This document shows, piece by piece, positions 8,241-15,046 of a stretch of 64,000 bases of DNA. The notes beneath the pieces are model-generated. The model saw only the letters and a list, made by a program, of their open reading frames with translations, was not told the origin of the DNA and made no database searches. This DNA is from a virus. Made by a program: the position numbers and the translations under genes. The stretch's first letter is position 1, and every line of letters begins with the position of its first letter. The DNA is taken from IMG/VR virus record IMGVR_UViG_3300050500_000418; one strand, 5' to 3'.

Positions 8241-8587
8241 TGGCCGGCCACCTGGCCATCTCGTGCCAGCTCCTGCCCACCGAGGCCCACCAGTGGCACC
8301 CCGGAGCGGCAGGCGGCGACACCTGCATCTGCGGGAGGGTCACGAAGGCCAGGGCCTGCCGCGTCTGCGGATGCACCGAGGCGGACGCGTGCCTCGATGA
8401 GATGGGCGACCCGTGCGGCTGGGCCGAGAACATGGGCGACCTGTGCACATCCTGCGTCGTGCCCCTCGAGCTGTGCACCGGCGACACGCCCGAGTGTCCC
8501 CACCTCTACTGCCCCGACGGGTGGCACACCGGCGACGACCTTCCCTGCTCCTGCACCCCGGGCTGCGCCGCCACCGAGGACGAGTAG
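8240..8587 (+). CDS. Cys-rich hypothetical protein
   Basis: ORF track; TGATG overlap; CRVCGCTEADAC..LCTSC cluster. Confidence 0.6.
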   Translation: MAGHLAISCQLLPTEAHQWHPGAAGGDTCICGRVTKARACRVCGCTEADACLDEMGDPCGWAENMGDLCTSCVVPLELCTGDTPECPHLYCPDGWHTGDDLPCSCTPGCAATEDE

Positions 8588-8781
8588 TGGCCCTCTTCGC
8601 GCCGGAGGGCCGGCCCCGCGGCTGCCACAGCAGCGTGACCCTCCGCATGACCTTCCACACCTGGACGGGCGGCATGTTCACCCTGGCCCCCTGTGACTGC
8701 GGCCGGGCCCTCGCCTCCGGACTGGGCTTCGGCACAGTCACCCTCGACCAGGACCCCGCGGCGGAGGCGGGGCCAGCGTGA
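8587..8781 (+). CDS. hypothetical protein
   Basis: GTG 8587 overlapping upstream TAG, in frame of ORF-track 8413..8781. Confidence 0.4.
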   Translation: MALFAPEGRPRGCHSSVTLRMTFHTWTGGMFTLAPCDCGRALASGLGFGTVTLDQDPAAEAGPA

Positions 8782-9371
8782 ACGGCCCCTACGACGACCC
8801 TGACGTCACCCTGGAGGAGGTCACCGCCCCCCATCCCGTGGGCTTCTACCTAGCGCCCGGTCCCCTCCCCGACGTGCCCCGAGCCCGGCGCCCTCCGCCC
8901 GGGATGTTCACCACGGCCATGGGCCTCGTCCTCCTGGTCGCCGCCGTGAGCGTCGCATACGTCGTCGGCCCCCTCGCCGACCTCACCCAGGGCACCACCC
9001 GCCCGGCCCCGGAGGTCGCCGAAGACGCACCGCCCGCATCCTCGACCACCACCACGACCACGGCGAGGCCCACCACCTCAGCGCCGGCCACCACAGCCCC
9101 TCAGCCCCCGCCTCCTGCCCCGACGATCCCGCCGGCCTCCACCACGAGCCTGGCGCCCACGCCGGCCACCACCGCCCCACCGACGACCGCATCCACCACA
9201 ACGAGTACCACCGCCCCGCCCACCACCTCGACCAGCACCACCAGCACGACCATCCCCCCGTCGACGACGCCGCCGACGGTTCCATGCCCGGGAGATCCAA
9301 CATGCCCACCCCCCTCCGTACCCGAGCCCGCCGCCGACTCATCCTCTTCGCCCTCCGCCACCCCCGGGTAG
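8778..9371 (+). CDS. membrane-anchored Thr/Pro-rich protein
   Basis: ORF track; GTGA overlap; one TM helix then about 110 aa of T/P/S/A repeats. Confidence 0.6.
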   Translation: MNGPYDDPDVTLEEVTAPHPVGFYLAPGPLPDVPRARRPPPGMFTTAMGLVLLVAAVSVAYVVGPLADLTQGTTRPAPEVAEDAPPASSTTTTTTARPTTSAPATTAPQPPPPAPTIPPASTTSLAPTPATTAPPTTASTTTSTTAPPTTSTSTTSTTIPPSTTPPTVPCPGDPTCPPPSVPEPAADSSSSPSATPG

Positions 9372-9392
9372 CCAGGGCACTACACAAGGTCG

Positions 9393-9409
9393 CTAACCGG
9401 TGTTAGTGT
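9393..9409 (+). promoter_or_regulatory. cassette variant CTAACCGGTGTTAG with -10 TAGTGT, heads the MC-array operon
   Basis: 3-mismatch palindrome; ATG 9418 8 nt after -10. Confidence 0.5.
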
Positions 9410-9417
9410 GGCCGGCC

Positions 9418-9627
9418 ATGTGTGACAACTCCAGCAACGGCCACGGCTCCGACTCTGACGCCGGAACGGCCGCCCGGGGCGCCGGCCAGGGATCGAGCCT
9501 CTCCGCCATCTTCGGCCGGCCCACCGACCGGACCACGCCCTCCGGGCGCAATGGCCACCGCATCGGCCTCACCCGCCTGCTGACCCTCGACGTGGCCCGC
9601 CGACTCGCCGCGAGGGGGACCGCCTGA
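9418..9627 (+). CDS. MC-array unit 1 (MCDNSSNGHG..)
   Basis: ATGTGT at 9418 in frame of ORF-track 9400..9627; leaderless position. Confidence 0.6.
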   Translation: MCDNSSNGHGSDSDAGTAARGAGQGSSLSAIFGRPTDRTTPSGRNGHRIGLTRLLTLDVARRLAARGTA

Positions 9628-9773
9628 TGTGCGTGGAACGGACCCGCACCGACGCCGACGGCAACGAGGTCACCGAGATCTGGGTCCGCCGCAACCCCTG
9701 GCGTGAGGGGCCGCCGCCCATGCCCCTCACCCGCCTCCTCCGGCGACTCGCCGGCCTGATCCATGTGCGCTGA
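9627..9773 (+). CDS. MC-array unit 2 (MCVERTRT.., 48 aa)
   Basis: Hand translation; TGATGTGC stop/start overlap; below ORF-track size cut-off. Confidence 0.45.
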   Translation: MCVERTRTDADGNEVTEIWVRRNPWREGPPPMPLTRLLRRLAGLIHVR

Positions 9774-10011
9774 GTCGAACGGCCACGGCGGCGACGGCAA
9801 CGCCCAGAGCGCCGTGAACGATCACACCGGCCGCACCACCTGGGAGGGCATCACCCGCCGAGGCCAGCGCCCCGGCCGCCGCCCCTCCGGCGGCAACGGC
9901 CGCGACGGATCCCACCCCCGATGGGGCACCCCCATGACACGCATCAGCATCCGCCGACGGCTGGCCATCCGCCTCGCCGCAGCGAGCCTGACCTACCTGG
10001 CCACCCGCTGA
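9763..10011 (+). CDS. MC-array unit 3 (MCAESNGHGGDG..)
   Basis: ORF track. Confidence 0.55.
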   Translation: MCAESNGHGGDGNAQSAVNDHTGRTTWEGITRRGQRPGRRPSGGNGRDGSHPRWGTPMTRISIRRRLAIRLAAASLTYLATR

Positions 10012-10190
10012 TGTGCGATAGCAGCAACGGCAACGGCCACGGCGCCCCCGGCGATGCCCGCCGCGTCATCGACCACGCCACCCCCGACCGGCGACGCCGG
10101 CACTTCCTGGGCGGCTGGTCCATCCGCCACCGAGGCAACGGCCACCCACCCCAGCCCGCGCCCACCGCACCTGAGCACGAGGACACCTGA
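10011..10190 (+). CDS. MC-array unit 4 (MCDSSNGNGHG..)
   Basis: ATG 10011 (TGATGTGC overlap) in frame of ORF-track 9921..10190. Confidence 0.55.
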   Translation: MCDSSNGNGHGAPGDARRVIDHATPDRRRRHFLGGWSIRHRGNGHPPQPAPTAPEHEDT

Positions 10191-10192
10191 CG

Positions 10193-10444
10193 ATGTGCGA
10201 TGGAAACGACGGCCCCAAGCGGGGCCGCACCGCAAGAGGCTGGTACGGAGAGCAGTACGACCTCCGCACCCGTGAGGAGCGAAGCCGCTACCCCCGCAGC
10301 GCCGGCAACACCAACCCCGAGGGCCCCGGCTGGCAGCCCCCGCCCCCGACCCGCCGCGGCTGGGAGAAGCCCCCTGACCAGTGGATGGGCCGCACCCTAT
10401 GGCCCATCGCACTACTCACCCGCCTCATCCCCCGGAGGACCTGA
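10193..10444 (+). CDS. MC-array unit 5 (MCDGNDGPKRG..)
   Basis: ORF track; TGAcgATGTGC junction. Confidence 0.55.
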   Translation: MCDGNDGPKRGRTARGWYGEQYDLRTREERSRYPRSAGNTNPEGPGWQPPPPTRRGWEKPPDQWMGRTLWPIALLTRLIPRRT

Positions 10445-10446
10445 CG

Positions 10447-10959
10447 ATGTGCAAGCCCCACCCCACTGATCCCCGCTACTGGTCCAACCCCCCGGACATG
10501 ACCGACCACCCACCACGCGGTGGGATGCAGAACTTCCAGGCCGTCACCGCACCCCTCGTGGCGCTGAGCATCCTCATGGCCTGCACCAACGGCGACGGGG
10601 ATGATGGCGGCGGCCGGCCCGGCCCCCTGGCCCGAGCCCGGGCCTACATGAACGAGCCCATCGATGACGCCCGCGCCCCGCGCAACGGCCCACGCCCGGC
10701 GCCGCCCTTCCACTGGGCCATCCCCGCCGCGCGGGGCCTCCTCCTGATGTGCACAGGCGGTGATGAGAGCGACGACGTGTCCGGGGGTACCCCGCCGCGC
10801 CCCGGCTGGCCGAGCCGCAACGAGGCTGACCAGACGGCACCCCCGGGCGGCTGGGGCAAGTTCAGGATCAGGCCCAAGGGCACGCACGGCCCGTGGAACT
10901 TCCGGCGCATCCTCGACCTGGCCCTGCACCGCCACCCCGCCTACAACCGGCGCGCCTGA
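10447..10959 (+). CDS. MC-array unit 6, composite (MCKPHP.. + signal/lipobox-like LVALSILMAC-TNGDGDD + in-frame MCTGGDESDD)
   Basis: ATG 10447 in frame of ORF-track 10381..10959; TGAcgATGTGC junction; internal in-frame CTGATGTGC at 10744. Confidence 0.55.
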   Translation: MCKPHPTDPRYWSNPPDMTDHPPRGGMQNFQAVTAPLVALSILMACTNGDGDDGGGRPGPLARARAYMNEPIDDARAPRNGPRPAPPFHWAIPAARGLLLMCTGGDESDDVSGGTPPRPGWPSRNEADQTAPPGGWGKFRIRPKGTHGPWNFRRILDLALHRHPAYNRRA

Positions 10960-11483
10960 TGTGCAAGCCCCGCCCCGGTCCCCGGTCCTACCGGGGACCG
11001 GGCGAACCGCAGGGAGGCCTCGACCCCCACCTCAGGGCCAGGACCGCCCAACCCTCCAACGATCGGAGACCGACCATGTGCGACCCCGCAGACCGCGGCC
11101 CCTCCCAGACCATCGAACGACGAGGCGCCCGGCGAGCCCACGATGTCACCACCGGCCGCGAGGACTGGTGGAAGGGCCACGGCTTCATCCCCCTCGCCGT
11201 GCTGGCCCTGGTGACTCTGGCTTGCCCCAACGGCGATGACGGCAACGGTGACCCCGCCGCTCCCCTGCGCGACGTGGACCCCTCCCAGGCCCCGCCCCCG
11301 CGGACCTTCCGGCTCATGACGTGGCTTCGCCAGTCGACCACCAGCGATGGGGGCAACCTCCTCCGCCAGGGCCGACCGGTCGCGTGGTTCCGGTGGACGT
11401 TCCTGGACCTGGACCGGCACGCCCAGGGCTGCCAGTGGGTCCGCTTCCTGCGGGCCCTCGGCTACCGCCGGACGGCCGCGTGA
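10959..11483 (+). CDS. MC-array unit 7, composite (MCKPRP.. + in-frame MCDPADR.. + LAVLALVTLAC-PNGDDGNGD)
   Basis: ATG 10959 (TGATGTGC overlap) in frame of ORF-track 10893..11483. Confidence 0.55.
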   Translation: MCKPRPGPRSYRGPGEPQGGLDPHLRARTAQPSNDRRPTMCDPADRGPSQTIERRGARRAHDVTTGREDWWKGHGFIPLAVLALVTLACPNGDDGNGDPAAPLRDVDPSQAPPPRTFRLMTWLRQSTTSDGGNLLRQGRPVAWFRWTFLDLDRHAQGCQWVRFLRALGYRRTAA

Positions 11484-11620
11484 TGTGCCGGGGCAAGGAC
11501 AACCCCTACATCAAGCGCCCGGCCCCGCCGCCCTCGACCAGCGCGGCCGCTACGCCCCGAGCCCGGCGATCGAAGTGGATCGCCCCCTTCCGGCGCGTCC
11601 TGGCCCTGAGGGCCGCGTGA
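11483..11620 (+). CDS. MC-array unit 8 (MCRGKDNPY.., 45 aa)
   Basis: ATG 11483 (TGATGTGC overlap) in frame of ORF-track 11321..11620. Confidence 0.5.
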   Translation: MCRGKDNPYIKRPAPPPSTSAAATPRARRSKWIAPFRRVLALRAA

Positions 11621-11757
11621 TGTGCGGCCACCAGCAGGAGCCGCCCCCGCCGCCGCTCAAGCCCCCCCAGAAGACCGGCCTCGGCCTCGTGAGCGAGCGG
11701 CGCGGGTGGCTGGGCATGATCGTGCGGCTCCTACGCCGCCGGCCCATCATCGCCTGA
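11620..11757 (+). CDS. MC-array unit 9 (MCGHQQEPP.., 45 aa)
   Basis: ATG 11620 (TGATGTGC overlap) in frame of ORF-track 11347..11757; same length as unit 8. Confidence 0.5.
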   Translation: MCGHQQEPPPPPLKPPQKTGLGLVSERRGWLGMIVRLLRRRPIIA

Positions 11758-12119
11758 TGTGCCAACTCGACCGCCTCCCCGCCGACCAGGCCAGGGAGCT
11801 GAACGCCCGCTACCGCAAGGATGGACACGCCATGTGCTCCAACGATGAGCCCGGCCAGAACCACACCGTCTGCCGGTACCGCCCCGACATGGACGATCCC
11901 TTCAACTCCAACCGCTTCGGTGCGCTGGCCCTGGCCTGCTCCGGCAACGGCACCGACGACGCCGCCGACCAGACGCCCCCCGCCGGCCGCAGCCCCGAGC
12001 CCTACGGCCGAGACTTCGGCTCCCGCCTGCCCCGCTTCTTCGATCGGGCCATCCTGGCCATCGCCTCCGCGGTGGCCTTCGTGGTCGGCTGGACTGTGCG
12101 CGGCCCCGAGGCTCGGTGA
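11757..12119 (+). CDS. MC-array unit 10, composite (MCQLDR.. + in-frame MCSNDEPG.. + FGALALAC-SGNGTDD + C-terminal TM)
   Basis: ATG 11757 (TGATGTGC overlap) in frame of ORF-track 11622..12119. Confidence 0.55.
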   Translation: MCQLDRLPADQARELNARYRKDGHAMCSNDEPGQNHTVCRYRPDMDDPFNSNRFGALALACSGNGTDDAADQTPPAGRSPEPYGRDFGSRLPRFFDRAILAIASAVAFVVGWTVRGPEAR

Positions 12120-12340
12120 TGTGCACCAACCAGAACAGCGGCTCAGGCGAGGGCGGCAGGGACATCGGAAGCGTCGGCGGCTGGGCCACACCCCAGGAGT
12201 CCAACGATCACTACGGGGCCTGGGGGCGTCCCTCCGCCCGCGAACGCGAGCAGCACCAGCGCGAGGAACACCGAGGCCGAGGCCGCCCACCGGGACGCGG
12301 TACCCGCGGCGGCCGCTGGCCCCGACCTGACGGCTCATGA
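12119..12340 (+). CDS. MC-array unit 11 (MCTNQNSGSGEGG..)
   Basis: ATG 12119 (TGATGTGC overlap); ORF-track 12116..12340. Confidence 0.55.
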   Translation: MCTNQNSGSGEGGRDIGSVGGWATPQESNDHYGAWGRPSAREREQHQREEHRGRGRPPGRGTRGGRWPRPDGS

Positions 12341-12531
12341 CCGCCTACCGCCGGCACCGCTGGCGCGCCCTCGCCGCCGGCATCGTGGCCTTCGGCGTCA
12401 CCGTCACCGGCGCCTGCCAGACGCCACCCGATGATGACGACCGGCCCGGCCATACCGACACGAGCCAGACCCCCAACCGGTGCGCCGACGTCGACGGGAC
12501 GGGCCAGGACTGCGAGGACCTGGCCCCATGA
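12337..12531 (+). CDS. small putative lipoprotein (..GVTVTGAC-QTPPDDDD)
   Basis: ORF track; ATGA overlap; basic n-region, hydrophobic core, lipobox-like Cys. Confidence 0.55.
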   Translation: MTAYRRHRWRALAAGIVAFGVTVTGACQTPPDDDDRPGHTDTSQTPNRCADVDGTGQDCEDLAP

Positions 12532-12773
12532 CGACCGAGCTCACCGCAGAGGATCACCTCCTCGAGGTCCTCGATGAGATGCGCGTGCCCATCATCGGCC
12601 CGGCCATCCTCCCCACCCGGGAGGCGGCCGCCGTCGTGGCGCTGCCCATCACCCACGTGAAACTCCGTGCCCTCCGCCGCCGCGGGTACGGCACGTGCGC
12701 CGCCGGCTCCAGCCACGCCTACGTGTGGCCCCCCGACCCCAACCCCCAGGAGTCCCCCGATGTGCAAGAGTGA
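12528..12773 (+). CDS. putative helix-turn-helix DNA-binding protein (excisionase/MerR-like pattern)
   Basis: ATG 12528 (ATGA overlap) in frame of ORF-track 12480..12773; ..ILPTREAAAVVALPITHVKLRALRRRGYG.. Confidence 0.45.
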   Translation: MTTELTAEDHLLEVLDEMRVPIIGPAILPTREAAAVVALPITHVKLRALRRRGYGTCAAGSSHAYVWPPDPNPQESPDVQE

Positions 12774-12939
12774 GCCGCCCCGCCCCAACACCCCCGAGGC
12801 CCGCCGCCAGGCCGACGAGACCCTCGGCCGCATGAAGAGTGAAGGGCCAGACCCCCGCCCGAACGGCCCGTGGACCGCAGCGATGCGCCTCACCGGGGAC
12901 CTCCTATGGTGGGCAACCCGCCGGCCCCGATCAACGTGA
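12760..12939 (+). CDS. MC-family outlier (MCKSEPPRP..)
   Basis: ATGTGC 12760 in frame of ORF-track 12667..12939; N-terminus like units 6 and 7. Confidence 0.45.
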   Translation: MCKSEPPRPNTPEARRQADETLGRMKSEGPDPRPNGPWTAAMRLTGDLLWWATRRPRST

Positions 12940-13322
12940 CGGACGCCGAGGACCAGCACCAGGCCCTGCTGGGGGCCCTCATCGGTGACCGCCGCGACGA
13001 GTGGCGGACCAGCAACCACTTCCGGTTCGGCATCCTCCAGCTCGCGTCCTGGCTGCCCCACCTCGTGGATGCCATCGCCGACCAGGCCGCGAAGGCCGAC
13101 GAGGCGCAGCGCCTCCTCATCGAGATCGAGAAGCGCACCCTCCCGCCCACCTTCCGCCTTGAATCCACCGAGGCCGGCATCAAGGCCACCGTCGGCGACA
13201 AGACCGAGCAGCGCCGCGCCACCGCCGCGGGCATGGGCCTCGACCTGGACGAGCTGGAGGGCGCCGCCCGGTCCGTCATCTTCCATCCCAACGTCATCGA
13301 CGAGGCCAGCCCGGAGGCGTAA
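12906..13322 (+). CDS. hypothetical protein
   Basis: Frame of ORF-track 12870..13322; start uncertain (ATG 12906 or GTG 12870). Confidence 0.5.
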   Translation: MVGNPPAPINVTDAEDQHQALLGALIGDRRDEWRTSNHFRFGILQLASWLPHLVDAIADQAAKADEAQRLLIEIEKRTLPPTFRLESTEAGIKATVGDKTEQRRATAAGMGLDLDELEGAARSVIFHPNVIDEASPEA

Positions 13323-13400
13323 CCTCCCGGGGGTGCGCCAGCGACCTACCCCGCCGCCGATGTAGGGCCTGAACGCCACCGCGCGTCCAGGCCCTCATGG

Positions 13401-13472
13401 CTGGGCGTAGCGCAGCGGTAGCGCACCCGGTTCGGGACCGGGAGGCCGGGCGTTCGAATCGCCCCGCCCAGA
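13401..13472 (+). tRNA. tRNA-Pro (anticodon CGG)
   Basis: Acceptor CTGGGCG/CGCCCAG (C1:G72), D-arm GCGCAGCGGTAGCGC, anticodon arm CCCGG-TTCGGGA-CCGGG, T-arm GGGCGTTCGAATCGCCC. Confidence 0.8.
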
Positions 13473-13475
13473 CCC

Positions 13476-13505
13476 TTGAGCATCCCACCTAACCCCGGTT
13501 AGGGT
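13476..13505 (+). promoter_or_regulatory. cassette variant: -35 TTGAGC, CTAACCCCGGTTAG, -10 TAGGGT
   Basis: 1-mismatch palindrome; 18-nt spacing; ATG 13512 6 nt after -10. Confidence 0.5.
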
Positions 13506-13511
13506 CGGCGT

Positions 13512-13703
13512 ATGCCTGACGAGACGCCCGGCCAGCCTGCCGGCCCCCAGACGCCCACCCATCCCGCTCCCCTCGTGCCCAGCGCACTCGGGAGGGCCCG
13601 CCGAGCTCAGGCCCGGAGAGGCGCAGAGAGGGCCGACGCACGTGGCCTCACGGGCTGCGCCGCCGCCCCTGAGGCTGAGGACCCCGACCCGCGCGAGGCG
13701 TGA
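13512..13703 (+). CDS. hypothetical protein (leaderless)
   Basis: ORF track. Confidence 0.5.
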   Translation: MPDETPGQPAGPQTPTHPAPLVPSALGRARRAQARRGAERADARGLTGCAAAPEAEDPDPREA

Positions 13704-13897
13704 CGCTGAGTACTCAGCCCCGCCGCTCGAGGAGACTGTTTGACGCCGGCCTCCTCACCACCGTGACGACGGGCATGGCCATCTTCTACGCGTCGATGAC
13801 GCCAGCGGTCCTCTACGCCCTCGTGTACGTGACCCTCGTGACCGCCGGAGGCGCCGTCTCCAGGTGGGCCTGGCGCTCCGACCCTAACCCGGGTTAG
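13700..13897 (+). CDS. small membrane protein
   Basis: ORF track; GTGA overlap; ends ..NPG-TAG inside the next palindrome. Confidence 0.5.
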   Translation: MTLSTQPRRSRRLFDAGLLTTVTTGMAIFYASMTPAVLYALVYVTLVTAGGAVSRWAWRSDPNPG

Positions 13898-13900
13898 GGT
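13884..13900 (+). promoter_or_regulatory. cassette: CTAACCCGGGTTAG with -10 TAGGGT
   Basis: Exact palindrome; ATG 13908 7 nt after -10. Confidence 0.55.
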
Positions 13901-13907
13901 CGGAGGC

Positions 13908-14261
13908 ATGAGCAACCCCAACACGGCGCCTGACCGTGAGGTCATCGTGTACCTCATCGCCGACTTCATCGGCGCCTACTCCCCCGCCGCCGAGGTCTAT
14001 GAGGCGGCCCGCTACCCCGCCCGCCGCAACATCGACACTGAGGTCCGCAAGGCCATCTGGACCTTCGCCTCCGAGCCGGGCGCCATCATCCTGGAGCCCG
14101 ACGCTGAGACTGTGGCCCTGCGCCAGGCCTGGGAGGACGCCGGCCACCGCCGCCTCGGTCAGGGCGACGTCATCGTCGTGGACGGCCGGGCCTACACCGT
14201 GACGGCCGCCGGCTACCGGCCCATCACCTTTGACGCTCAGCGTCAGGTGGTGACGGTCTGA
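13908..14261 (+). CDS. hypothetical protein (leaderless)
   Basis: ORF track. Confidence 0.65.
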   Translation: MSNPNTAPDREVIVYLIADFIGAYSPAAEVYEAARYPARRNIDTEVRKAIWTFASEPGAIILEPDAETVALRQAWEDAGHRRLGQGDVIVVDGRAYTVTAAGYRPITFDAQRQVVTV

Positions 14262-14488
14262 TGCCGGAGAGCCTCATGCCCGTCACCCGTGTCTGCGTGG
14301 GTGACCGCGTCCGCCTCGACGGGAAGGTCTACACCGTCGCTGTGTCTGAGCCCTGCGACCTCAACGCCGGGGCCTGGCACCTGGAGATGGAGGAGGACGA
14401 TCCGAACGCCCCCTCGGGCTGGCCCTACAGCATCCGCTACCTCAACCCCGACGCCACCATCGAGCGCATCAAGGCGGTCACGGGCTGA
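14261..14488 (+). CDS. hypothetical protein
   Basis: ORF track; TGATG overlap. Confidence 0.6.
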   Translation: MPESLMPVTRVCVGDRVRLDGKVYTVAVSEPCDLNAGAWHLEMEEDDPNAPSGWPYSIRYLNPDATIERIKAVTG

Positions 14489-14718
14489 TGGCCCGCCCCA
14501 TCGTCCCGACCCTCACCCCGGAGGAGTCGCGCCAGGCCAAGGCCGCCGCCTTCGCCAACACCCTGGGCCTAGACGGTGACGCCCTCTTCCGCGCCGCCAT
14601 CGCCGTCTGGTCGAACCTCAACCCCCAGAAGACGAGCTTCGACCGGGCCCTCAGCGTCGCCGGCTCCGCCCTCCGGGCCGCGGCCGACCCCTCGACACCC
14701 ACGCCTAACCCGGGTTAG
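14488..14718 (+). CDS. hypothetical protein
   Basis: ORF track; TGATG overlap; stop TAG is the end of the next palindrome. Confidence 0.6.
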   Translation: MARPIVPTLTPEESRQAKAAAFANTLGLDGDALFRAAIAVWSNLNPQKTSFDRALSVAGSALRAAADPSTPTPNPG

Positions 14719-14721
14719 CAT
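14692..14721 (+). promoter_or_regulatory. cassette: -35 TCGACA, CTAACCCGGGTTAG, -10 TAGCAT
   Basis: Exact palindrome; 18-nt spacing; ATGAGCAC at 14729. Confidence 0.6.
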
Positions 14722-14728
14722 CCCCCGC

Positions 14729-15046
14729 ATGAGCACCCACCCCCTCCAGCCCCGCCCTGAGGTCCTCGTCTGCCATGACCTGGGCCAGCCGCGGGACGGC
14801 CGCCCCGCCCCCGACCTGGACGCCCTCCTGGCCCGCCTCGAGAAGGCCGAGCCCGGCGCCGTCACCGACGTGGAGACCCGCCACGAGCAGACCTACGGGC
14901 GGCCGGAGGGGACCACCCACCCCGTCCACTACATCACCTTCAACGCGGCCCGGCTGCGTAACACCGAGGCGCAGGGCTACGGGTACCGCCTGGGCTTCGT
15001 GTCCAGCGTCTCCAGCGTCGCTGGGACCAGGCCGGGCCTCTTCTGA
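14729..15046 (+). CDS. hypothetical protein (leaderless, MST.. start)
   Basis: ATG 14729 in frame of ORF-track 14576..15046. Confidence 0.6.
   Translation: MSTHPLQPRPEVLVCHDLGQPRDGRPAPDLDALLARLEKAEPGAVTDVETRHEQTYGRPEGTTHPVHYITFNAARLRNTEAQGYGYRLGFVSSVSSVAGTRPGLF

Noticed and set aside
9418-12340. CRISPR-like array, considered because of the regularly spaced short repeat CTGATGTGC
   Set aside because: The repeat is only 8-9 nt and its spacing is irregular (75-525 nt). Every interval is an open reading frame with coding-like codon bias, and no repeat hairpin or leader is present.
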